NCBI GenBank assembly: GCA_947629235.1
Contig: CANRCX010000003.1
Coordinates: 9,069 to 73,068, forward strand
Direction: 5' to 3'
DNA length: 64,000 bases
DNA from: an uncultured Bacilli bacterium
Lineage (GTDB): Bacteria; Bacillota_I; Bacilli_A; RF39; UBA660
The notes below the pieces were generated by a model, which ran no database searches, had not been told where the DNA came from, and worked only from the letters and a program-made list of their open reading frames with translations. This document shows positions 19,835-29,722 of the stretch, one piece after another (position 1 is the stretch's first letter; each line of letters opens with the position of its first letter). A program made the translations under genes and the position numbers.

Positions 19835-20968
19835 ATGAAAAGTCAAATTGAAAATGAAAAATTAAGACTCATGGTATTTAAAAGTGCATTAGAATTAGGA
19901 AAGAAAGTAGATAATTATTTACTTGATATGTATAATCTTGATAAAGATAAATATACATTTATAGTTCCAATTAAAGAAAACTTTTTTGAAGATGGACATT
20001 TAAAAGTAGAAATTAATGAAACTGTAAGGGGAAAAGATTTATTCATGCTAACTGATATTGGTAATTGTTCAATTGAATACAATATGCGTGGATTCATAAA
20101 TCATACAAGCCCAAATGATTTAATAGCAGAATTAAAAGATGGTATTGGAGCTTGTAGTTGTCATGCTGAAAAAGTAAATATTATAATGCCACTTTTATAT
20201 GCAGGAAGACAACATAGAAGAAATAATAGAGAAAATTTGACTTGTGGAGCTACTTTAAGAGAACTTGATAGTATGAGTAGAGTAAAGAGTTTTATTACAT
20301 TTGATGCTCATGATCAAGGAGTAGAGCATGCTATTCAAAATATGGAATTTAATAATTTTTATGCCACTAATAATATACTTGCATATTTTATAAATGATTT
20401 ATCAAAAGAAGATTTAAAAGAGTTAGTTTTCGTAGCTCCTGATAATGGAGCAACTGGAAGAAGAAATGTTTATTTAAATTCATTTAATAGTCCTTATATT
20501 AAAAGAGAAGCAGGTAGTTTTATAAAACAAAGAGATTATAATAATTTTGTTGATGGAAAATATCCAATAATATCACATGATTATTCAGGAAATAATGATT
20601 TAACAGGAAAAACTGCTATTGTAACAGATGATATGATATCAAGTGGTGGTAGTATGTTTGATGTAATAGATGAACTTAGAAAAAGAAATATAAATAAAAT
20701 ATATTTAATTGTAACTTATGCTTTATTTACAAAAGGTGTAGATATGTTTGATAAATATTATAAAGAAGGTAAATTAAATGGAGTATATACAACAAATTTA
20801 TCATATATAAATGATGAGTATAAAGATAGAGAATGGTTACATGTATGTGATTGCTCTAATACAATTGCTGAAATAATTTATAATATTCATAATGATGCAT
20901 CAATAACAAATATTTTAAGAGATAGATCAGCTCCAGTAAAATTATTAGAAAAGAAATTTAAACAATAA
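19835..20968 (+). CDS. prs: ribose-phosphate pyrophosphokinase (long form)
   Basis: ITFDAHDQGVEHA, VAPDNGATGRR, and PRPP-binding loop IVTDDMISSGGSM. Confidence 0.75.
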   Translation: MKSQIENEKLRLMVFKSALELGKKVDNYLLDMYNLDKDKYTFIVPIKENFFEDGHLKVEINETVRGKDLFMLTDIGNCSIEYNMRGFINHTSPNDLIAELKDGIGACSCHAEKVNIIMPLLYAGRQHRRNNRENLTCGATLRELDSMSRVKSFITFDAHDQGVEHAIQNMEFNNFYATNNILAYFINDLSKEDLKELVFVAPDNGATGRRNVYLNSFNSPYIKREAGSFIKQRDYNNFVDGKYPIISHDYSGNNDLTGKTAIVTDDMISSGGSMFDVIDELRKRNINKIYLIVTYALFTKGVDMFDKYYKEGKLNGVYTTNLSYINDEYKDREWLHVCDCSNTIAEIIYNIHNDASITNILRDRSAPVKLLEKKFKQ

Positions 20969-21047
20969 AAAGTGTAAACAATAAAAACAAATTCAAAATA
21001 TAAAAACATTTATGATATAATTATTTATATTATAGAGGTGTATGAGT

Positions 21048-21659
21048 ATGAATAATTGTCCTAGATGTGGTTCAAAAGTAAATGTAGGAGAATCTTTTTG
21101 TACTAATTGTGGAATGAAACTTCCAATACAAAATAGTACATTAAATCAAAATACAAATTCAAGTGTTAATACAGATACAAACATAGTAATAGATAGTGAA
21201 TTATTATCTGCATATATTGGAAGTAATGTTGAAAAATTTACAGATGGTGGCTTTTCTTCTTGTGCATTCTTCTTTGCATTTATGTATGCGTTTTATAGAA
21301 AAATGTGGTTATTAGGTATTACTTGGTTTGTTGCTTTATTTATATTTTCAAACTTTTTACCATCATATTATGAAATAATTGCTTTTATAATTAGTATAGT
21401 GTTAGGAAATAAATTTAAAACAATATATATTAAGTATGTTTATGAACAAATAAATAAAATAATAAGACAAAATCCATATTCATCACGTGAAGAAATAATT
21501 GAAATATGTAGAAAAAAAGGTGGAACAAGTGTAATTCATATATTAATAATATGTGCTATAATTTTAGTTGCTTTTGTTATAGCTTTTATTCATAATAGTT
21601 CTGAAAAAGACTTAAATACTTCTGAATTTATAATAAATGAAATTGAAAGAGGTGTTTAA
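21048..21659 (+). CDS. zinc-ribbon plus DUF2628-like membrane protein
   Basis: N-terminal CPRCG-x11-CTNCG zinc ribbon, then FFFAFMYAFYRKMWLLG typical of DUF2628. ATG 21048 has better Shine-Dalgarno spacing than 21042. Confidence 0.6.
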   Translation: MNNCPRCGSKVNVGESFCTNCGMKLPIQNSTLNQNTNSSVNTDTNIVIDSELLSAYIGSNVEKFTDGGFSSCAFFFAFMYAFYRKMWLLGITWFVALFIFSNFLPSYYEIIAFIISIVLGNKFKTIYIKYVYEQINKIIRQNPYSSREEIIEICRKKGGTSVIHILIICAIILVAFVIAFIHNSSEKDLNTSEFIINEIERGV

Positions 21660-21661
21660 TT

Positions 21662-22444
21662 ATGTTAAATGAATTATTACTATTTGTTGTTTCTATTTTA
21701 CCAGTATTTTTAATAGGATTATATATTTATAAAAAAGATAAAGAAAAAGAACCTTTAAGATTATTAGTTAAATTATTTCTAGGTGGATTTGCATCTTGTA
21801 TTTTAACATTAATTATAAGTATGGTAATGAATCTTATTCCAATATTCGCAGCAGATACAAGCAATTTAAATTTATTTGAATTAATTATTAATGTTTTTAT
21901 AGGAGTAGCATTAGTTGAAGAGTTTTCTAAATGGATAATGGCTTATTTAATTTCTTATAATGAAGAAGCTTTTGATTATTTATATGATGCGATTTTGTAT
22001 TGTGTATTTGTATCTCTAGGATTTGCTTGCTTTGAAAATTTATTATATGTAGCTGAAAATGGTCTTTTTGTAGGAATAATTAGAGCAATATCAGCAGTAC
22101 CTGGTCATGCATGTGATGGTATATTTATGGGATATTATTTAGGATTATCAAAACTTGGTAGTTTAAATAATAGAAAAGATTTAAAAACTAAATATCTTAT
22201 ATTAAGTATAATTGTTCCAACAATAACTCATGGTATTTATGATTATTGTTTATTTAGTGGAAAAGTAATATTTATAATATTATTCTTTGTATTTATTATA
22301 CTAATGTATATTTATGTTATTAAAAAAGTTAAAAAAGTAGCAAATATTAATAGAAAAATGAAATATAAAAATAATTATTGTCCTAATTGTGGACATATTG
22401 TTGATGGAAATTTTTGTCCAGTATGTGGAAGAAAAAATGAATAA
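21662..22444 (+). CDS. PrsW family intramembrane metalloprotease with C-terminal zinc ribbon
   Basis: LVEEFSKW, CFENLLY, HACDGIFMGYY, THGIYDY motifs; C-terminal CPNCG-x8-CPVCG. Confidence 0.75.
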   Translation: MLNELLLFVVSILPVFLIGLYIYKKDKEKEPLRLLVKLFLGGFASCILTLIISMVMNLIPIFAADTSNLNLFELIINVFIGVALVEEFSKWIMAYLISYNEEAFDYLYDAILYCVFVSLGFACFENLLYVAENGLFVGIIRAISAVPGHACDGIFMGYYLGLSKLGSLNNRKDLKTKYLILSIIVPTITHGIYDYCLFSGKVIFIILFFVFIILMYIYVIKKVKKVANINRKMKYKNNYCPNCGHIVDGNFCPVCGRKNE

Positions 22445-22450
22445 TGAAAT

Positions 22451-22475
22451 AAAGGCTATTAAATGGCCTTTTTGT
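22451..22475 (+). terminator. intrinsic terminator after the PrsW gene
   Basis: AAAGGC ... GCCTTT stem followed by a T-run. Confidence 0.5.
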
Positions 22476-22504
22476 TTGACAAAATCATAAGAATTTGCTA
22501 TAAT
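22476..22504 (+). promoter_or_regulatory. consensus promoter (TTGACA-17-TATAAT) of the four-gene operon
   Basis: TTGACA 22476..22481, 17-nt spacer, TATAAT 22499..22504; GGGGGT Shine-Dalgarno upstream of ATG 22530. Confidence 0.65.
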
Positions 22505-22529
22505 ATCAAATACTTTTATAGGGGGTATA

Positions 22530-23456
22530 ATGGAAAATATTTTTTTAGAAGATTTATTTAAACAAAAATTAGAGCAAGGTATAGATACTAATGAATTAAT
22601 AGTAAAATTAGTTAATAAAGATATATTATCAGTTAAAACATTAATTAATTATGCAATTGAAACAGGAAATAGAGATTATCTTCATTTTTTAATATGTAAT
22701 TTTAATGGAATTCCAATAGAACAATTAGTTAGTGCTTATATTGATACACTTGGTACAACTCTTGATGATACTACTCAAATTACAAGAGTTTTAGATGCAA
22801 TTTTATTAAAATTAAAAACTGATAATACACAAACTTTAAGAAATTTATTTGCAAAATTATTTTTAGAATTTATAAGTTATGATCTTTTTTTACCTCATCC
22901 ATATGCTAATATATCAATATCACTTGCATATTATAATCATAGAGATTCAGTTCAGATATTTGATTTAATATATAATGTAGATATAAATATTTTAAATGAT
23001 AGAGAAAAATATGGATTAATGGTCTTTTTAAGTAGTCGTGATAACCATGAATATAAAGAAAAACTTATGGAATATAAAGATGAGTTTGTTAAGGTAATAA
23101 ATAAAGATTATAAAGAAGAAAGTGATAATACTATTAGAAAAATAGAAGATCCATTTTTAAATGCTGTATATAGTTTATATAATAGTATAGAAGTATCAAG
23201 ATTATTAAATGAAAAAAATGAACAATTTAAACAAGAATTAAAAGGCTTAATGGCTTCATATATGGATGAACTAAATAAAGAATTAAATAAAGATTATGAA
23301 AATGCTAATAATTTAGTAAATAAAAATACAATTATAGAAAACTATATGATTAAATTAATTCATTTATGTGATGAATATAGATTAAATAGTAATAATTATA
23401 ATAGCTATAATGAAACTTTTAATGAATATAAATATGTACTTAAAAATATGTGCTAA
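22530..23456 (+). CDS. hypothetical protein (helical, no recognised domain), operon gene 1
   Basis: 308-aa ORF, first gene after the consensus promoter. Confidence 0.55.
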   Translation: MENIFLEDLFKQKLEQGIDTNELIVKLVNKDILSVKTLINYAIETGNRDYLHFLICNFNGIPIEQLVSAYIDTLGTTLDDTTQITRVLDAILLKLKTDNTQTLRNLFAKLFLEFISYDLFLPHPYANISISLAYYNHRDSVQIFDLIYNVDINILNDREKYGLMVFLSSRDNHEYKEKLMEYKDEFVKVINKDYKEESDNTIRKIEDPFLNAVYSLYNSIEVSRLLNEKNEQFKQELKGLMASYMDELNKELNKDYENANNLVNKNTIIENYMIKLIHLCDEYRLNSNNYNSYNETFNEYKYVLKNMC

Positions 23457-23482
23457 TATTTTATATATAAAAGGGGGTTACA

Positions 23483-24799
23483 ATGCAAATATATTATACA
23501 GATAAATTATTAATAGATATAAATAATATTAAGAATTTGCAAGCTGTTTGGTTAGAAAATATAACTCAAGCAAAAATAAATAATAAATTTATATATTATC
23601 CAAGTCTATGTATTTCTTATGATGGTGGTAAGTTTTTATCACTTATGTATAATGAAAAATATTTTGATTCATTTGTAAAAAAAGTAACAGAAGTTTATAA
23701 TGATGAAAAAGATAATGTTTATGAAGATAAATTATTAGATCCATTTAATTTACATTCTAAAATAAATATAGATGATTATACAAAAGAAGTGTTAGAAAAA
23801 GGATATTTATCTAATTTAAATGAACTATATAAATTTTATGAAAATAAGTTTTCATATAATAACTCATTATTATTTGAAAATAATGAACTAGAATTTATTA
23901 TGCCTATTATAAAATATCATTTAGAAGATTTCTTTAAACATACAGATACAGTATTTAAAATGAATGATTCTATTTATGGATATAGAACACTTTATAATAC
24001 TAATGCAATTATTGATGGAAAAGAAAAAACTATATTATTAAACTATAATAAAGAAAATGAAAATGAATATTCAATAAAAATATCAAATATATTTGAAAAT
24101 AATGATGAGACAGAAATTAATATTAAATTTGATAATTATAAAATAAAAGTTACTATTGAAAATAAACAATATAATTTATATTCAGAATATGAATATTTAA
24201 TGAATGAACAAAATATTAAACAAATAATATCAATATATAAAAATTCATTAATATTACATCATTCTAATAAAGATTTAGATAGTACAGATAATGTAAATAA
24301 AAATATAACTGATTTTGATGCTTCTACATCATTTAAATGGTTTATATTACCATGGAATGCTTTATGGGGTATTAATAATAAAGTAGAAAATATAAATGAA
24401 AATGAAAAAGTATTACAAATGCATTCAATGTATTTATTAGTAAAAAATAATTCATTTAATAAAAGAGAAAATTATACAAATAAAAAAATAATAAAAGAAA
24501 CACCTAATACAAAAGGTATGCCACTTGTATTAGATGAAATGAATAAAAATACAACATGTATATGTATAAGTCCAAATGATAATTTATATGTAATTGAAAC
24601 AGCTTTTTTAGATACTGATAATTCAAATGGATATTATAAAGAAAATTTAAATAATAAATATTTTTATCATACTTTTATAAGTGATGATTTAAATAAAGAA
24701 ATAGAAAGATTAGTAAATATAACAAATAATGATGTTATTGAAAAACCTGATTTATTTAATAAATTAAAAATATTAGGTTTAGTAAAGGGGGATAAATAA
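23483..24799 (+). CDS. hypothetical protein, operon gene 2
   Basis: 438-aa ORF with AGGGGG Shine-Dalgarno; 1-nt gap to the next gene. Confidence 0.55.
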   Translation: MQIYYTDKLLIDINNIKNLQAVWLENITQAKINNKFIYYPSLCISYDGGKFLSLMYNEKYFDSFVKKVTEVYNDEKDNVYEDKLLDPFNLHSKINIDDYTKEVLEKGYLSNLNELYKFYENKFSYNNSLLFENNELEFIMPIIKYHLEDFFKHTDTVFKMNDSIYGYRTLYNTNAIIDGKEKTILLNYNKENENEYSIKISNIFENNDETEINIKFDNYKIKVTIENKQYNLYSEYEYLMNEQNIKQIISIYKNSLILHHSNKDLDSTDNVNKNITDFDASTSFKWFILPWNALWGINNKVENINENEKVLQMHSMYLLVKNNSFNKRENYTNKKIIKETPNTKGMPLVLDEMNKNTTCICISPNDNLYVIETAFLDTDNSNGYYKENLNNKYFYHTFISDDLNKEIERLVNITNNDVIEKPDLFNKLKILGLVKGDK

Positions 24800-24800
24800 A

Positions 24801-27002
24801 ATGGATTTTAGAGGAATGTTAAGAGCAATTAGAAATTCACAAGTATTAGATTATGATGGTAAAGAATATTTACTTAATTATGTTAATGGAATCAAAAATG
24901 GAACAAGAGAAAATGAATTTTTTGATTTTGATATTTTGAATGCTTTTATACTTAAATTTGCAAATGGAAATATTAGTTGTGCAGATGAAACACAAACACA
25001 AGCATCAGTAATAGAAGATAAATTAAAAAAAATTATTAATAATATTAAAATACAATTACCACTTGGAGTTAAAACTGAAGATTATGAAAGTATTAAAGCT
25101 AGTATTATAAATACAAATGGTGAATTTAATAAAAAATTATTTTTATTATTAGAAAACAAATATGATTATACACAAATATTAAATTTAATTAATGAAAAAT
25201 ATAATTCATATGAAAAAGAAGTAATATCAAATTATGCAGTTAATGTTTGTCCATATTGTGTAAACCAAAAACAATTAAAAGCAGAAATAATATCATTTAT
25301 TAATGGATTAGATAATCTAGCTGGAAGTGTTAATGAATATAGTGAAAAAAGATTAGCAGAAGCTAAAAAGAGAGTAGGAATATATCCACTTGATGAAGCA
25401 AGTATTGCAAATATTTCATTAACTGCTTCAAGAGCACAAAGTTTAATTAAAAAATTAGAAAATATGGAAACTAGAGTAAATACTTTTGAAGAAAGAATTA
25501 AAAGAGAAACTGATACTGGAATTAAAACAATAGATAAACATATTAAAGATTCTTCTTCTGAATTACAAATAATTGTTAATGCAGAAAGAGATAGAATAGT
25601 TAAAGTATTGGATGAATATTTAAAAGATTTAGAAACTGCTCTTAAGAAAAATAGTGATATTATATTTAATCAAATACTTGAAAATGCACAAAATGAACTT
25701 AAAACAATAAAATTATATGCTGAGAGTTTAAGTACAACTACTACAGCTGACTTAATTAAAATAAAATCATCTACTGAAGAAAGTATTAATGCAATGAAAG
25801 AATATATTCAAGATGAACCAATGATAAAGAATCTTGTAGAAAGTTATACTTCATCAAATGAATTTAAAACAGCAATGCTTCAAATGAGTCAAAATAAACC
25901 AAAAGTTATTGCAGTAGATAGTGTTGAAAGTCCATCTAAAGTTATTTTAAATCCAATATCTAATTCATCTTTAGAACCATTGCCTGCTGTAGTAATACCA
26001 GTAGATAGTATTGATAGAACTATACTTCCTTCATATGATACAAAAATACCATTTAAAGAAAGATATGAAAAAGTATTAAAAAGACTTGAAGAAAGAGAAA
26101 AAAATGGAGAAGTATTTCATAAATCAATAAAAGAAATAATTACTAATATTATGGTAGGAGATTGGGTACATTTATATGGACCATCTGGAACAGGAAAAAG
26201 TACACTTATTGAACAAGCAATTGATTTAATAGGTTCTGAAATAGTAGATAATGGAAAAATACTTGATAGTTATTCTATCCTTGCATATAATGATCCACAT
26301 GGTAGATTTAGACCAACTCCAACATTTGATGCAGTATTAAAAGGAAAAGCATTGTTATTTGAAGAAATGGATAGTGGGGATCCTGATACTGAAGTTGTTT
26401 TAGGAAGTATATATTCTAAAATGAAAAAATTATATAAAAATCCAGATCAAATTTTATATACAACATTTGGAGAAAGAATATCTACGCCAATCCATCCTAA
26501 CTTTAGAATGCTTGCTACATCAAATACTAATGGTGGAGGAGCAAATAGTGTATATTCTGCTCGTAGTAAAATGGATGAAGCTATATTACAAAGACTAATA
26601 CCAACAGAAGTTGATTATGATAAAAATATAGAAAAGAAAATATTTAATGGTTATACTGCTTGGAATAAAGTATTTGAACACTTTAGAGATGCATGTAATA
26701 GATATGCTAAAACTGAATTACATTTAGAATCAACTCCAGGTGTTATAACAACTAGAGATGCATCTGATATAGTTGATTATATTAATCAAAAATGTAAAGG
26801 AGTAGACCAAATAATTAGAGAAAAATTTATTCAAACTAAGAATAGAAATTATTTAGAAAGTATTTATTCTTATTTAGAAAATATATATCATTTAGAAAGT
26901 GAATTATCAAATCCACTAGAAGCTCAGATGGATCCATCAACTGTAGATGAAAAACAATTAGCTAAATGTTTAATGTATAGATGTAAAAATCCAAAATTTT
27001 AG
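24801..27002 (+). CDS. coiled-coil protein with C-terminal AAA+ ATPase module of the CobS/MoxR (AAA_5) type, operon gene 3
   Basis: Walker A LYGPSGTGKST (about 26178..26204), Walker B ALLFEEMDSG, sensor-1 region FRMLATSNTNGGGANSVYSARSKMDEAILQRL resembling the CobS pattern FRlfATaNT-G-GD...Y.G...N.A..DR. About 430 aa of K/E/L-rich N-terminal region. Confidence 0.65.
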   Translation: MDFRGMLRAIRNSQVLDYDGKEYLLNYVNGIKNGTRENEFFDFDILNAFILKFANGNISCADETQTQASVIEDKLKKIINNIKIQLPLGVKTEDYESIKASIINTNGEFNKKLFLLLENKYDYTQILNLINEKYNSYEKEVISNYAVNVCPYCVNQKQLKAEIISFINGLDNLAGSVNEYSEKRLAEAKKRVGIYPLDEASIANISLTASRAQSLIKKLENMETRVNTFEERIKRETDTGIKTIDKHIKDSSSELQIIVNAERDRIVKVLDEYLKDLETALKKNSDIIFNQILENAQNELKTIKLYAESLSTTTTADLIKIKSSTEESINAMKEYIQDEPMIKNLVESYTSSNEFKTAMLQMSQNKPKVIAVDSVESPSKVILNPISNSSLEPLPAVVIPVDSIDRTILPSYDTKIPFKERYEKVLKRLEEREKNGEVFHKSIKEIITNIMVGDWVHLYGPSGTGKSTLIEQAIDLIGSEIVDNGKILDSYSILAYNDPHGRFRPTPTFDAVLKGKALLFEEMDSGDPDTEVVLGSIYSKMKKLYKNPDQILYTTFGERISTPIHPNFRMLATSNTNGGGANSVYSARSKMDEAILQRLIPTEVDYDKNIEKKIFNGYTAWNKVFEHFRDACNRYAKTELHLESTPGVITTRDASDIVDYINQKCKGVDQIIREKFIQTKNRNYLESIYSYLENIYHLESELSNPLEAQMDPSTVDEKQLAKCLMYRCKNPKF

Positions 27003-27012
27003 GAGATAAGTT

Positions 27013-28011
27013 ATGAAAAATAAAGAAGACTTATTACCACATAATTATCTACGATATAAAGATAATATATTACCACCTAGAACTATAGAAATAAATGATC
27101 AAGAATATAAACTTTTTATGGCAACTTTTGAAAATTTAGAAAATTTATATAATTATTTAAAAAGTAATCCTAAAATAAATAAATCAACATTTATTCGTGA
27201 AGCAAGTATATCAAATCCATCTCATTTTTCTGGAAAACCATATTCAGAAGCTTTAGAAGATTTAATAAAACCAGCTAGTAAAGAGTATACAGAATTATTA
27301 AAATTACAAGAAAAAATAAATTATATTGCTCAAATAGAAATGGATAAATTTAAAACATATCAAAAAGTAACAGGTGGACACTTAAATACACTTGCATATT
27401 CTAAAGGAAGCCCACTTTGTTATGAAAAAAGACAAAGAATTAATGTTCCTAAGTTTGTAAGATTAAATTTAGTTTTATCTTATAATATAACAGAATTTGC
27501 ATCATCATTAATAAATAGAGCAGTAATATTATTAAATATAATTAATGCATTAGAAAATTCTGGATATAATGTTGATATTAATGCATTTTCATTAGATAAA
27601 AATACATCAGTAAATGATAAAGAAATAGCTTATATAAATATTCAAATGAAAAGACATGGAGAAAAAGTAAATTTAGAAAATTTAAGTAAAATATTATTTA
27701 ATATAGAATTTAGAAGAAGAATATTATTTAGAGTTTTAGAAACATTAGATGTTAATAATAGTTGGGGTAGTGATTATGGAAATGTATGTAATAAAGAAAT
27801 AGCTCAAAATGTATTACATATAGAAAAAAATGATTTATATTTTGGTTATCCATATGAAATGAATATCTTGGGTTTTGATTTAATAAAAGATTTTAAAAAT
27901 GCGATTAATGCATTAAATTTAGAAGATAAAATTGATGTAGATAGATCAATTGAAGATTTAAATAATGAAGAATTAGTATTAAAAATAAAAGACTTACAAA
28001 GAAAGTTTTAA
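27013..28011 (+). CDS. hypothetical protein, possible CobT-like vWA fold lacking the MIDAS motif, operon gene 4
   Basis: KFVRLNLVLSYNITEFASSLINRAVILLNIINALENSGYNVDINAFS aligns by eye to the CobT vWA segment TVVTLLIDNSGSMRG...ILARTLERCGVKVEILGFT, but DxSxS is replaced by LSYNI. Confidence 0.35.
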   Translation: MKNKEDLLPHNYLRYKDNILPPRTIEINDQEYKLFMATFENLENLYNYLKSNPKINKSTFIREASISNPSHFSGKPYSEALEDLIKPASKEYTELLKLQEKINYIAQIEMDKFKTYQKVTGGHLNTLAYSKGSPLCYEKRQRINVPKFVRLNLVLSYNITEFASSLINRAVILLNIINALENSGYNVDINAFSLDKNTSVNDKEIAYINIQMKRHGEKVNLENLSKILFNIEFRRRILFRVLETLDVNNSWGSDYGNVCNKEIAQNVLHIEKNDLYFGYPYEMNILGFDLIKDFKNAINALNLEDKIDVDRSIEDLNNEELVLKIKDLQRKF

Positions 28012-28033
28012 GACAAATCTTAAAACTTTTTTT
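28004..28033 (+). terminator. intrinsic terminator of the four-gene operon
   Basis: AGTTTTAAG acaaat CTTAAAACT perfect 9-bp stem followed by T6; includes the stop codon. Confidence 0.7.
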
Positions 28034-28053
28034 ATAAAAAAATTAAAATTTAA

Positions 28054-28082
28054 TTGATAACAATTTAATAATAGTTTATATT
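28054..28082 (+). promoter_or_regulatory. promoter (TTGATA-17-TATATT) of tsaC-trxB
   Basis: TTGATA 28054..28059, TATATT 28077..28082. Confidence 0.5.
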
Positions 28083-28101
28083 ATATTTAAGGAGAATTAT
28101 T

Positions 28102-28692
28102 ATGTTAGATATTGATAAATTATTAAAAGTATTAAATGATGGAGAAATTGCATTATTACCTAGTGATACAGTTTATGGTTTATTTGCAGATGCTACAAAT
28201 AGTGAATCTATTAAAAGAATAGATAATGCTAAAAAAAGTAATAAACCACATCTAATTGTTGTATCAAGTTTAGAAATGTTAAAAGAATATACTAGTGAAA
28301 TTAATGATTTACAAAAGAAAATAATTGATAAATATTGGCCTAATACATTAACTATATTATTTAAAAAGAATGATAAAATAGATGATAATTTAACTAAAGG
28401 TAGTGAATATATTGGTATTAGAATGCCAAATAATGAATTTTTATTAGATTTATTAAATAAATTTAATAAACCATTAATATCTAGTAGTGCAAATATAACA
28501 AATGAAAAAGTAATTACTAGTATTGATTTACTTGATGAAGAGTTAAAAAAGCATATTTCATATATTTATGATGTAGGTAAGTTAAATGATATAGCATCTA
28601 CTTTAATAAAAGTAGAGAATAATAAAATAACAATATTAAGAAGTGGTTTACTTGCAGATAAAATAAAAGAAGACTTTAAAGAATATATGTAA
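28102..28692 (+). CDS. tsaC: L-threonylcarbamoyladenylate synthase (YrdC/TsaC family)
   Basis: LLPSDTVYGLFADATN, GIRMPNN, PLISSSANI motifs. Confidence 0.8.
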   Translation: MLDIDKLLKVLNDGEIALLPSDTVYGLFADATNSESIKRIDNAKKSNKPHLIVVSSLEMLKEYTSEINDLQKKIIDKYWPNTLTILFKKNDKIDDNLTKGSEYIGIRMPNNEFLLDLLNKFNKPLISSSANITNEKVITSIDLLDEELKKHISYIYDVGKLNDIASTLIKVENNKITILRSGLLADKIKEDFKEYM

Positions 28693-28704
28693 GGAGGAAA
28701 TATT

Positions 28705-29610
28705 ATGTATGATATAGTAGTTGTTGGTGCTGGTCCATCTGGACTTACTGCTTCTATTTATGCAAGAATGTCAAATAAAAATGTTTTAGTATTAGAAGCA
28801 AATTCTTATGGTGGTCAAATTATAAATACTTTAAATATAAAGAATTATCCAGCAGAAAAAAATATTAGTGGATATGATTTTGCTACTAAAGTTTATAATC
28901 AAGCATTAGATTTAGGAGCTAAAATTATATTTGAAAAAGTTATTGATATAAAAGATTATAAAGACTATAAAGAAGTTATAACAAATAAAAATACTTATAA
29001 AACAAAAACTATTATTTTAGCAACTGGATCAGATAATAGAAAATTAAATATTGAAGGTGAAAAAGAATTACTTGGAAAAGGTATATCTTATTGTGCTACT
29101 TGTGATGGTAATTTTTATAAGAATAAAGTAGTAGCAGTTATAGGTAGTGGTATGACTGCCATAGAAGATGCAATATATTTAAGTGATATTGTAAACAAAG
29201 TATATTTAATTAATAGAAGTGATAAATTTAAAGTAGAAGAAAATTTATTAAATGAATTAAATAATAAAAGTAATATAGAAATAATATTAAATACTAATAT
29301 AACTAAATTAAATGGTAAAGAATATCTTGAAAGTATTGAAATTTCTAAAGATAATAATACTTCAGTATTAAATGTATCATGTTTATTTGTAGCTGTTGGT
29401 AGAATACCAGAAAATCAAAATTTTGCTAAATTAATTAATTTAGATGATAAAGGTTATGTAATAGCAGATGAAAATTGTCATACAAATGTAGATGGAATTT
29501 TTGTATCAGGAGATAATAGAACTAAAAGTTTAAGACAATTAGTTACTGCTACAAGCGATGGGGCAGTATCTGCAATGGAAGCAATAAAATATATAAATAA
29601 AATGAAATAA
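28705..29610 (+). CDS. trxB: thioredoxin-disulfide reductase
   Basis: VVVGAGPSGLTASIYA FAD motif, redox CATCDG, second GxGxxA VIGSGMTAIEDA, FVSGD. Confidence 0.9.
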   Translation: MYDIVVVGAGPSGLTASIYARMSNKNVLVLEANSYGGQIINTLNIKNYPAEKNISGYDFATKVYNQALDLGAKIIFEKVIDIKDYKDYKEVITNKNTYKTKTIILATGSDNRKLNIEGEKELLGKGISYCATCDGNFYKNKVVAVIGSGMTAIEDAIYLSDIVNKVYLINRSDKFKVEENLLNELNNKSNIEIILNTNITKLNGKEYLESIEISKDNNTSVLNVSCLFVAVGRIPENQNFAKLINLDDKGYVIADENCHTNVDGIFVSGDNRTKSLRQLVTATSDGAVSAMEAIKYINKMK

Positions 29611-29647
29611 CATATTACACAAAAAATGTAAAATTATAAATATATAT

Positions 29648-29676
29648 TTGACTAACTTATTTTTATATGATAAAAT
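29648..29676 (+). promoter_or_regulatory. promoter (TTGACT-17-TAAAAT)
   Basis: TTGACT 29648..29653, TAAAAT 29671..29676. Confidence 0.5.
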
Positions 29677-29722
29677 TTTATAGAAAATAGTTTAATAATA
29701 GAAAAGAAATGGAAGTGTAAAT

